Positions 53,480 through 64,000 of a stretch of 64,000 nt of DNA are shown here, in pieces (position 1 is the stretch's first letter; every line of letters begins with the position of its first letter). The notes beneath the pieces were generated by a model. It ran no database searches and was not told the origin of the DNA. It worked only from the letters and a program-made list of their open reading frames with translations. Position numbers and translations under genes: made by a program. The stretch comes from Octopus vulgaris (lineage: Eukaryota). The stretch is from contig OX597816.1 of NCBI GenBank assembly GCA_951406725.2, positions 156,798,001-156,862,000 on the forward strand, given 5' to 3'.

Positions 53480-54325
53480 ATAAAGAGAATATCAGGAAAG
53501 AGTGTTACCGGAGAGTTCGAGCATTCCTAAAATCCGATTTCAATGCACGGAACAAGGTGTTAGCTATGAATTCCTTAGACGTTTTTGTTGTTATTTACAC
53601 TTTCAATGTGTTGAACTGGAATATGAGCGAAATAAGGAAAATTGACAGGAAATTCCGTAAGCTGCTGACTTGCAATAAGATACACCACTCGAAGGCAGAC
53701 GCAAATCGTCTTTACCTACCCAGAGCTCAACGAGGTCGAGACTTGATCCGATTTGAAATCTCTTACAAAACCACCACAATTGGACGGCAAAATATTATGA
53801 AACATCTAATGACTGGATGCTAATGCTCATTGAAAACCATAAAAGACGTAAGAAGCTACATTTTGTGATGAAGGAGAGCAAACTATTTTCAAGTGAACCT
53901 ATGCATAATACCCAGGTTGAATAGCAACTGCAGTTGCAAAGAAGGTTAAATCAATAGCAAAACAAAATGCGTTTGAACAATTGGCTGACAGGTGGGAACG
54001 AAAACCTCTGCATGGGAAATATGAGGCCCGTAGCAAACAAGTTGATGTAGTCCAGAAGCACATCCATCAGTGGCTCCGGAGCTCAGGGCTAGAAGCAGAG
54101 AGTGAAGGCTATATCTTGAATGCCGAAGATCAGAGCTTATTGACCATCAACTATCAAGCCAATGTGATGGAATCTGGTGTAGAATCAAATAGCCGATTCT
54201 GTAACGATAGGATAGAATCAGTCGACCACCTAATCACTTGATGTAAGGTTTTAGCACCTGGAGAGTACAAATCAAAACATGAGAGAATTGGCCAATATCT
54301 ACACGGGATTATGTGTCGGCATTAA
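53480..54325 (+). mobile_element. Diverged second copy of the Dong post-RT region
   Basis: KENIRKECYRRVRA, RLYLPRAQ, WERKPLHGKY and QWLRSSGL..ESEG align with 51325-52180. Confidence 0.88.
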
Positions 54326-54339
54326 CAACACAGCAACAT

Positions 54340-54910
54340 TACCCTGATGGAATAACAGACGATATTTCTTACGGATCCTGATTTAAAACTGATCAGAAGT
54401 GTTCATAAGTTCATGTTTTGTCTTCGTGTAAGAGATGGGCTACAGCAAATATTCTGCTCAATACCACAGATTTGCTTGCCATTTGCTTGACCATAGCCAT
54501 GCGATATTAGCGACTGATGATATGCGCCCCTCCGATCACGAGCAGATTTAGTGGAGATCAACATAGTCATGTGCTGAGAGGAATCGTTTGGGATTTGAAT
54601 AATTCACCACTGGAAACATGAGTATTTCATTCATCACCCTTAAACAGCTCATATTCAGGGGCGTTTTGGGCAGGATGGGCTACTCAACCTGACGGACATT
54701 TCTAACTGGGCCCCATGTGCAACGTCACCATGTCGTGCAAATATAGTTGTGAAGCGTGTGCCTGTTGTATCTTTAGCAAACAGTCGTTATGTGTATATTT
54801 TTGTACCCCAGCATTTGTACAAATTTGTACAGCATGGGATACAAAATACAGTAATGCTGTATTTTTGTACCCCAGCATTACCTGGTTGGTGTGAGCTCTT
54901 CTCTCACTCA
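54340..54910. mobile_element. Older diverged copy 4 of the 556-bp element
   Basis: agatgggctacagcaaatattctgctcaataccacagatttgcttg and terminal ctctcactca are conserved. Confidence 0.8.
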
Positions 54911-55905
54911 ATGAAAATAATACTGTCTTGTGAGGTGACTAAGTATTCCGGTGTATTTTCCTTCCACACTGCGTGACGAAGTAATAATAACCACTAAGAG
55001 TTTACATAAAAAATAGCATTATACACAACACTGGACAGATAATAATAAGCATTATTGTTGTCTTGTTACTTTCGTTAAAAATTATTTTAGTAAGTCTGTA
55101 CAAAGCGAGTTGGAAATATAGGCTTGTAAATAGAAGCAATAATTTGAATGGACTGAACGCTACAGTACATTCTAGTAGATTATAATACATTAATACCTTG
55201 ACGCCTGAACTCAGCTGAAATTACCATTATGAGGAATCTGTAGAGACTATCGATATATAAAGTAAAATTGTAAACTGATCAAGTTTTTTCCTGCAATTTT
55301 CAGTCTTCTTTTATCCAAACTGCATTGTACCAGATTTACATAATAATTCTTACCTCTGTCTCCCCATCCCTTCATCTGCTATATGCTCTTCTAATATCAT
55401 GATGCCTAAACGAGACTGAATTTACTATCAAGAGGAATCTATTCAAACTGTTGAAATATTAGGTAAGTGGTAATTGGTTTTGCTTCTGTTTTCAATCGTT
55501 TATTTCCAACTTGCATTACAGTGGTTTTCTAAAATGATGTCAATGGCTTCATGTCACATTCTTTCTTACAAATAATATTGGCGCGAGCCCTAATGTCTAA
55601 ATAAAGAGACACCTTATCTGTTGGTGAAGTATTATTTCTATTTTCTACTTCCCTTTTAGCTCTTCAATTTCCATATCTGTAAACCACCTTTTTGCTCCTA
55701 TTATGGTTGTTATTATTATTATTATTCATATACACTCAGCAAATTAGACTGTTGGAAAGGAAAAGAACCCTAACATCAAGCTACAACAAGTTGACTGAGA
55801 CGCCAAGAACCCGCCTAAATATTCTATCTGTCTCTAATGATGCTGTTTTCTGCAGCTGTACTAAACTGGATTTATGTCTATTTCCTCCATCCATCTATTC
55901 AGATC

Positions 55906-56008
<103 letters not shown>

Positions 56009-56037
56009 TTGCTGTTGTTGTTACTATTATCATCATT

Positions 56038-56560
56038 ACTTTTGCACAGCTTCTAATGCTGGAGATGTAATACGGTGTCAGCTGTTCAGTAACAGTGAAC
56101 TAAGGTAACAAGTGCTGTTTTCTGCAAGTGCTCCAATCTTATTGGAGATCCTTTTGTTCCATGTACTTCTCAAGCCTTTTACTCACTGTTCCCAGACCTC
56201 TGACAATTATTGGTACTACTACCACCTATTTCATCAGCCACAACTGCTTAAACTCCCAAGCTAACCTCTCATATCTATCCTCTTTTCTTTCTTCCTTATC
56301 GCATACCTTGTTGTCAGCTGGGCATGCTATATCTATTATCCAGCATAGTGTACTTTCTTTCTCAATTGACACTAATGTCTGGTGTCTTATTCCCTATCTC
56401 ATGGTCGCACTGAATCATAAATTCCCACAAAATCTTTGCATTATCATTTTCGGTGATGCGTTCGGGACTGTCAAGTCCATACTTGTTGCAAAGTGTCCAG
56501 TGGACAAGCCTTGCTATATTGTCGTGGCGTCTCTTATATTCCTTCTGGGCTAGTGGCGTT
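56038..56560 (-). mobile_element. R4/Dong-type restriction-like endonuclease domain and 3' end, from a different family
   Basis: Minus strand reads LAQKEYKRRHDNIARLVHW, KILWEF, TPDI, IIDIACP, VVPIIVRGLG, LQKTAL; lies between trinucleotide tracts. Confidence 0.85.
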
Positions 56561-56624
56561 CATCATCATCATCATTATTATTATTATTATTATTATCATC
56601 ATTATTATTATTATCATCAAAATT

Positions 56625-56656
<32 letters not shown>

Positions 56657-56721
56657 CATCATCAGCATCATCATCATCATCATCATCATTATCAACATCA
56701 TCATCATCATCATCATCATCA

Positions 56722-56789
<68 letters not shown>

Positions 56790-56790
56790 T
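56561..56790. repeat. (CAT)n/(TAT)n array
   Basis: Seen directly. Confidence 0.95.
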
Positions 56791-56931
56791 AGTAGTCTTA
56801 GTTTTATAACGTGCTTTCATTGCACAACCGAGTGCAGCTCTGTGCCTTGGGGATGTGCTGTAGTTTATTGTGATGCTCTTATAGTTACTGCATTGAAAGT
56901 GTTTTACGTAGCCTAGTAGTGCTATTTTCTG
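56791..56931 (-). mobile_element. Dong 3' end, same family as 25834-25990
   Basis: cgtgctttca...ccgagtgcagctctgtgccttgg is the reverse complement of the 25.9-kb copy. Confidence 0.8.
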
Positions 56932-57756
56932 TATATAATATATATTTCTTAGACCTTTGGGTTTTTGTTATATGTTTGCCTGAATATTCTTTTACACCCC
57001 TTATATTCGAACACCATCCGCATTATGCGAACGGTTCTGTTTACTGCAAGTGCTAACTTTATTTATATTATATATGTATATATATATCAACAGATGTATT
57101 GTGTATTGGTTATCCCCAGTTCCATATTGGGTATATTCCATCATATGTATATTTCTGTATGTGTCTGTGTATGCATGTCTGTATGCATGCGTGACGCCCT
57201 TGCATATGTGGAATTCTAGCTAATAATTTTAACGTTTTATAATCCTACGTAATTTTATATTTTATTCTTACATTTATTTATTTGCATTTCCAAGTATGAA
57301 ATCGACGTAATAATGGACAAGCCAAGTGTCTTGAGAAAGCGTAGGATTAATTCCAAAGAAAAAAATCTAATAATACATTATAAATCAACTTGCACAACGA
57401 ACTTTTACAAATTAGTGAGCGAATGTTCCTGGAAATTAACGAAAAGTTATAAAAATTTATAACTCATTCTGGGAATATTAATTTTTAGAATTACCAAAAT
57501 CAATTTGGATATTCAAATTATAAATAATCAAGACAGCAATTATATTTTGGATATTATCTTATATTGAATTAGACCAATTTACTTTTGCACAATTTTCGCA
57601 TTTATTTGCTTCATTAATTCAAATCGTGTCCACTTTAGTGATATTAGTTGTAATAATAATTCACAAACAAGAAATAATGGCGGTAAGCACATTGCAATCC
57701 CATCAGATGTGGTATTGCGAATAACGAAAGATACATTAACTTTAAAAAATTTATTG

Positions 57757-57825
<69 letters not shown>

Positions 57826-58299
57826 TGTATGTATGTATATATATGTGTGTGTGTATGTATGTATGTATGTATTTATATATATATATATACAGATAGATAG
57901 AGAGAGAGAGAGAAAGAGAGAGAGTGTCAGACAAACATATAGAATATCCGAGATTAGCAAGAGGAATGGAGAAAATATTCTAATATTAGAAAATAGAACT
58001 ACAAGACATCCAGTTATTATCAAAGCAAATTCATGAGTGCTGCTAAAAGAGCTATGCGTTGGGTTGTTTTGAGAAACCGCGTGGTGGATGAGGTCCGGCA
58101 ATCCATGATAGTGACAATCATGTCGGCTTCTGAGCAGATTATTTCTACACAGTTTCACATAGAATATGTTGCCGAACTTCAGCTGCATGAAAAAGTCTTA
58201 TTAAATATATCTCTCTTCGTGGAATCTATCTAACAGCAAGGTGCTAACCAAAGTAACATTTTGAGAGCACGGTCATGCATACGTCACTTTTACATGCAC

Positions 58300-58564
58300 T
58301 TTTTTTATTGTTTCAGTCATTAGACCGCGGTCATACTGGAGCACCACCTTCAGGACGTTTTAGTTGAATGAAGCGCCTGCAGTGCTTATTTTCTAAACTT
58401 GATAATTATTCTATCTGTTTCTTTTGTCGAATTGCTCAGTTATGGGGATGCAAACTCACCAACACCGGTTGTCAAGCATTAGTAGAGAGACAAAGACAGA
58501 CAGAAAGATTCATGTATTTGATAGATATACATATATACATATATACATACATATATATATATAT

Positions 58565-58647
<83 letters not shown>

Positions 58648-59053
58648 AAAAATTGTGAAGCATGACTGTCACCACTACTACATGAACCTGAAGATTGCAG
58701 AATTTCATTCATGAAAGTACTAGTTCAATCAGAATGAACATTTAACATTCTATTATTTTATTTTATTTAATTATATTATATTATATCATTATAAGATTGT
58801 AAATAAAGCGTGAAAATCAGACAAGGTTGGAATTCCTTTTATTAATATATTCTTCTATACACAATCACACCCCCATATATATATCTATATATACACACAC
58901 ACACAGTGTCAGTCTACCAAATCTATTCACAGGACTTTGATCGGCCCGAAGCTTTAATAGAAAAACACTAGCCCAAGGTACGATGCAGTGGAACTGAACA
59001 CGAAATCATGTGTCTAGGAAGCAAGTTTCTTACCACACTACCACACCTGCGTC
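58300..59053 (-). mobile_element. Older SINE family A copy with an expanded internal microsatellite and a nested insert
   Basis: Head at 58906-59053, 3' part at 58300-58500 (gtttcagtcat...ctggagcaccacct). Confidence 0.75.
58683..58727 (+). ncRNA. Minimal type I hammerhead-like motif
   Basis: TGAAC-CTGAAGA-(ttgcagaatttcattcat)-GAAA-GTAC-TA-GTTCA; palindromic AGTACT stem III; stem II imperfect. Confidence 0.6.
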
Positions 59054-59910
59054 TACACTAAGTGAATTTTTATATTGGAAAATGCTACTTAATATTGGCT
59101 GATATTATAGGCTCACCAGAATTAAGAATCCGATGCACGAGGACGGGAGAAAACCTATAACGAGTTCATAGATTATCGAACTATTACATATCCTGACGCA
59201 CAATCGGCTTTCGACGTCTAGATATATTTAGTAATAGATCGATTGGGTAGTAAACCAAATGAATAAATGTCTGTTATACTGGCTGGTAATGTTTATCCCC
59301 AGACTGGCTCTAATTGGTTATTACCAGTGAGATCACATTAGCTGCTTTTATTAGGTGAAGGAGTGGAGGGAGATTAAGTGTCTGCTTATTATATTATACA
59401 TTGTGTTTTTCCTCCTTTTTTGGCCCGTGGTACGAGATGTCAATGAGATATGACTGGTATGTACTACATTCTCGGTGAGATAGAGTATGCAATTTTACAC
59501 GGTTTTTGATAGTACTGAATGATATTATAAATTCGATATGTATTAATATAAAGGCTTCTATGACCTCGGAATATGGTATATGTAAGAAGTAAATCGTTGT
59601 GATAAAGAATCTTGTGACACATATATATAAATAATGTGTTTGTATGTGTGTGTATGTACACACCTACAAATGCACTCACACACGTCAAGGTCACCAGCCC
59701 TCTTCCACACGCACATACATGCTCTCTTATACACACGCATGCGCACCTTCGTTTTCGGATCACCACTACTTTATTATCTCTTCTTCTTCTTTTTCTTCTT
59801 CTTCTTCTTCTTCACCGCACTCCTGTGTGACCCCTCTGCCCGACATTCGCCATGATAGATCGCTAGCCACTACACATTCTTTATTTTATCTCCTTGTTTC
59901 TTTATGTGCT

Positions 59911-59948
59911 CCTTTCTGTGGAAAAGCGTAGGCTCAAAACGTTAAAGG
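59911..59948 (+). ncRNA. Degenerate minimal hammerhead relic
   Basis: CCTTT-ctgtgga-aaAGC(gtag)GCTc-aaaa-CG-TT-AAAGG; correct topology but core mutated. Confidence 0.3.
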
Positions 59949-60035
59949 CTTTTTTTACTTCCCGAGCGTTAAACTAATACATCAATTTGTTGTCTACACC
60001 ACCTGTCTTCGTCTTTTACCTTTTGTAAATTCTCC

Positions 60036-60106
60036 CTATATATATATCTATGTATATATCCATGTATATATATATATACATAGATATATACATAGATATA
60101 TAGATT

Positions 60107-60190
<84 letters not shown>

Positions 60191-60374
60191 TAGATACATG
60201 TATATATATATAGATATATAGATATATATATATAGATAGATAGAGAGAGAGAGAGAGATACAGAGATAGAGATATAGAGAGATAGATAGATAAGTAGGTA
60301 GGTAGGTTAGTAGGTAGGTAGGTAGGTAGGTAGGTAGGTAGGTAGGTAGGTAGGTAGGTAGGTAGATACATACA
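60036..60374. repeat. (TA)/(AGAT)/(GA)/(AGGT) compound microsatellite
   Basis: Seen directly. Confidence 0.95.
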
Positions 60375-60920
60375 TGGTGGCTGCCCCCTCGTTACCGGGT
60401 ATGGCCATTGCACGAAGCTTAATCAATGTTGTTAGCGTGCAATGCCTGTGCAAGAAGATTTTTTTAAGTGGTGAAAGGTTGTGCACTGAGTCAATCTCAC
60501 TCACTAAGCAACAGTAGCCATAATCCGAAAAGAAGAACAAGTCAACATCATCGGTAACCACTGAGCTGCAGGTTTTATGTCGGAGTTATCCCAGTTACCT
60601 GATTTACCTTCTACTAGAAGGATGCCCTAACAAAGGCTAGGAGTCCTTCATTCCCAATGGTTTAGACGCGCGATCGGGTATTCAGTCCGATTATTTCTAT
60701 GTCCCCGCGCATGATCCAGCCGTAAGACATTTATTGGATGGCCGTTGACTCTCAAGAGTTCCTCTGCCCTTTGACGGGTTTTGTTTTTCATCCCGCAGGG
60801 TGTCCAATAAACACCCTCCTCACTAAGCAAGCTTGGTGGGGTTACCAGTTTAGTCGCCGACGACCCGACCATGCAACAGGTTATACTGGGTTACCTGTAG
60901 CACTCAAACGTGACCTGACA
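60375..60920 (-). mobile_element. GC-richer non-coding insert between ACAT repeats, probable non-autonomous retroposon
   Basis: Sharp boundaries at ACAT repeats on both sides; several hairpins (agggtgtccaataaacaccct; tgcaacaggtt...acctgtagca). Strand is tentative. Confidence 0.45.
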
Positions 60921-61147
60921 CATACATACATACATACATACACACACACATACATACACACACATACATACACACACAGATACATACATACTTACATAGA
61001 CAGAAAGCTTTATATACATATCAAATAACTGGCGAGCTTAAAAATTATTCACTTTTCCAGTCTATCATTAAATTAAAATACATACTTAATCTGTGATATT
61101 GCCTCATATATCAAGCCATGGTTGCCATTCTCATAAATCAGTAAACT

Positions 61148-61223
<76 letters not shown>

Positions 61224-61463
61224 CTATATATACATATACACGCTTACATATGAATATAAGTTCATATATAACACTCTTTTACGATTGAATTTTAATGTTA
61301 ATTTATGCTCATATGTATATTATCCAAAACAATTGTTTTCAAAATGCATTGATTATTCCTTTACGTTTGGTTGCTAATCTAACTGCATTGCACTTCGTTT
61401 TATTACTAGTAATATATAACGGCTAGACTCTAAGTATGTGTGTGTGATGGGTGTATGTATATA

Positions 61464-61586
61464 CAAGGGGGTCTATGCAAAGACTTGAGCCTCAAAAAAC
61501 AAATCATGTTACAAGACTTCTGATGAAGGTAAAAGACTTCAAGGCTCAAAGGTCTAGAAGGCTCAAAACTTTTCATACACCTCTCA
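61464..61586. mobile_element. Tiny mariner-like MITE
   Basis: TA-flanked imperfect TIRs caagggggtctatgcaaagacttgagcct / aggctcaaaacttttcatacacctctca. Confidence 0.4.
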
Positions 61587-61666
61587 TATATATACAAGTG
61601 TATGCTGGTGAGGTTCCATTAAGCCTACAACCTTGGGCTAAAAAATATAAATGATATTAAAAGAAT

Positions 61667-61902
61667 AGGAGTGACTGTGTGGTAAGTAGCTTGCTTACCA
61701 ACCACATGGTCCCAGGTTCAGTTCCATTGCGTGGCACCTTCGGCAAGTGTCTTCTACTACCGATGCTGGTGTGTTTATTGTTCACGTAAACTAGCGGGTA
61801 GGCAAAAGTAATTCGATAGAATAAGTACTAAGCTTACAAGGAATAAGTCGTGGACTTTATTTGGACGCAGTCAAATGACTGAAACAAGTAAAAGAATAAA
61901 AG
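61667..61902 (+). mobile_element. SINE family A, internally deleted
   Basis: Head joins directly to ccgatgctggtgtgttt, skipping the microsatellite module. Confidence 0.85.
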
Positions 61903-61987
61903 CCCATATATATAGTTAGTTAGATAAATGCGCATGGATATATAAGTATGAATACATATTGATATATTAAAATATATATATATACAT

Positions 61988-62051
<64 letters not shown>

Positions 62052-62110
62052 ATACAGATGTATATAGATAGAAAGATAGACAGATAGATAGATAGGTAGA
62101 TAGATAGATA

Positions 62111-62614
62111 TGTTTCTTTATTAGCCACACAGGGCTGCACACAGATAGAACAAATTACAAGGTAGAGCTTTTCTTTTGAAGGTTTAATAAAAAAAAAATT
62201 TTAAAAAGGAAGGGGGAGTTTCGATCAAAAGGGATCGTAAAAGGAGAGAAAGAGGACAAAAAAAGGGGGGTTAAAAAAAAAGGGGGAGAGGAAAAAAAAA
62301 TTGATCAATAGGGATCGTTATCACAGAAATGTCAATATGAAGTGTAAAGGGGAGGACAGGTGAGGTTTACCCGTGGAAAGAAAAGCCTACGGAAAAGACC
62401 ACGGTAACTTCGGTCAATGGAGTCACATGTTATATTTCTTTTTTTTTTTTTTGCAAATAAGCAACTCTCTGTTTTCAATTTCTGGGTTCATAGGATCATG
62501 CTCAAGGTGGCTTCGTCATTCATACGTGCCATTCTTGCTACATTCACCCATCTTTTTTTAAAACATTCGCTAGACAAAACTTGCCTCTCTACTCTCACTT
62601 TCCTTTTCAAGTGG

Positions 62615-62616
<2 letters not shown>
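62111..62616 (-). mobile_element. Tx1-clade element, short 5'-truncated copy (last ~43 codons plus 3' UTR)
   Basis: Nearly identical to 62665-63169; (AGAT)n on both sides. Confidence 0.92.
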
Positions 62617-62654
<38 letters not shown>

Positions 62655-62664
62655 CAGAAAGATA

Positions 62665-64000
62665 TGTTTCTTTATTAGCCACACAGGGCTGCACACAGAT
62701 AGAACAAATTACAAGGTAGAGCTTTTCTTTTGAAGGTTTAAGAAAAAAAAAAAAAAAAAAAAGGAAGGGGTAGTTTCGATCAAAAGGGATCGTAAAAGGA
62801 GAGAAAGAGGACAAAAAAAGGGGGGTTTAAAAAAAGGGGGGAGGAAAAAAAATTGATCAATAGGGATCGTTATCACAGAAATGTCAATATGAAGTGTAAA
62901 GGGGAGGACAGGTGAGGTTTACCCGTGCAAAGAAAAGCCTACGGAAAAGACCACGGTAACCTCGGTCAATGATGTCACATTTTATATTTCTTTTTTTTTT
63001 TTTTTGCAAATAAGCAACTCTCTGTTTTCGATTTCTGGGTTCATAGGACTATGCTCAAGGTGGCTTCGTCATTCATACGTGCCATTCTTGCTACATTCAC
63101 CCATCTTTTTTTAAAACATTCGCTAGACAAAACTTGCCTCTCTACTCTCACTTTCCTTTTCAAGTGGTACTTGAAGAAGTTGATGAGAGATTGACCAGAG
63201 AGGAAAGTGTTTGTCTCCAATCCTTTCAGACGCGTCCACCAGATACATTCTTTCGCCATAGCCACAAGGATGATGAAAATAGCTCTTCCTTCCCGTTTGA
63301 AGGAAGGAGGCGTGACAATATTGACGATAGACTCAGCTGATAAACCGACTCGTCCCACACGTGACAGCAGTTGTTCGACATAAGCCCACAGGTCGGAAAT
63401 TGTTGGACACTGAACGAGTGCGTGCAGAACGGTTTCGTCGCTCTGACCGCATCTCGGGCAGGTCGGCCCCGTGTTTCTCGAGCCGTGTCTGTAGAGCTTA
63501 TCCCGAACGGGTAGCGCTTCTCGGTAGCACTGCCAGGCCAGGGATCTCTGGAAGTTGTCCATGGGCCCTGGCCCGAAAGTCGTCCTGAACAGGCGGGTCA
63601 GGTACTCCTCGTCGACGTCCAGGTTCGCCCCGAGCTCGTCGTCGTACCTCCCCTCCACTAAACCCCTATAGAATGCTTTGGTTGTGTTGAAGTCACTTAA
63701 GGTCGACCCAGGACGGCAGAGTTGCTTGAGAGCAACGCGACACTCGCGGTGCCATTCGCCCTTCCTCGGCCTCTTTTTGATCCACGACTGCAGTTCGGTC
63801 ATGGAGACGAGCTGCGGGAAAGCGTGCCTCATAAACGGCGACCACACCTGTTCACCGTCGTCTACATAGAGCCAGAGATGCCGCAGTCTCAGCGCGTGTC
63901 TGCGCATCATCAACCACGGCATGCCCAGCCCTCCTTTTAACGGGTGTTGACAGCAAATGGATCGCCTGACCATCGGGACGCATCCTTTCCACAAGAAGCG
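62665..64000 (-). mobile_element. Tx1/L1-clade retrotransposon 3' portion, continuing past the right edge
   Basis: Open ORF2 C-terminus and a pyrimidine-rich 3' UTR ending aataaagaaaca followed by (TATC)n. Confidence 0.92.
63041..63994 (-). CDS. Tx1/L1 ORF2 C-terminal region with CCHC zinc finger, partial
   Basis: GGLGMP, ALPVRDKL, CPRCGQSDETVLHALVQCP, AKECIWWTR. Confidence 0.9.
   Translation of the reverse strand: MWKGCVPMVRRSICCQHPLKGGLGMPWLMMRRHALRLRHLWLYVDDGEQVWSPFMRHAFPQLVSMTELQSWIKKRPRKGEWHRECRVALKQLCRPGSTLSDFNTTKAFYRGLVEGRYDDELGANLDVDEEYLTRLFRTTFGPGPMDNFQRSLAWQCYREALPVRDKLYRHGSRNTGPTCPRCGQSDETVLHALVQCPTISDLWAYVEQLLSRVGRVGLSAESIVNIVTPPSFKREGRAIFIILVAMAKECIWWTRLKGLETNTFLSGQSLINFFKYHLKRKVRVERQVLSSECFKKRWVNVARMARMNDEATLSIVL

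Noticed and set aside
57757-58233. 143-aa minus-strand and 66-aa plus-strand ORFs in non-repetitive sequence
   Set aside because: No recognisable domain; the length is partly due to microsatellite read-through and there is no convincing splice pair.

Overview
AT-rich, microsatellite-dense eukaryotic DNA made up mostly of interspersed repeats and simple repeats. The repeat content resembles a coleoid cephalopod (Octopus-like) genome, which is my inference and not proven. No host protein-coding gene can be confidently called, and many short ORFs in the track are microsatellite translations. Recognisable content includes near-complete CR1-group (13.3-16.2 kb) and R4/Dong-type (49.4-52.8 kb) LINEs with many fragments, Tx1/L1-clade pieces at both window ends, two tRNA-like SINE families, a Penelope-type GIY-YIG relic, and Tc1/mariner, hAT and Helitron derivatives. 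The strongest signal is a non-coding 481-bp unit carrying a complete type I hammerhead ribozyme, present as a more-than-unit-length copy joined head-to-head to an inverted copy inside (TA)n (10.5-11.4 kb), which looks like a retrozyme or Penelope-dependent element. Three further hammerhead-like motifs of unrelated sequence also sit in or near (TA)n tracts. Other notable points are element-specific microsatellite niches (Tx1 in TATC, Dong and a 556-bp element in TAA) and two SINE-LINE 3'-end partnerships, one of them with a Tx1-clade LINE. All alignments and translations were done by eye, so boundaries of decayed elements are approximate.
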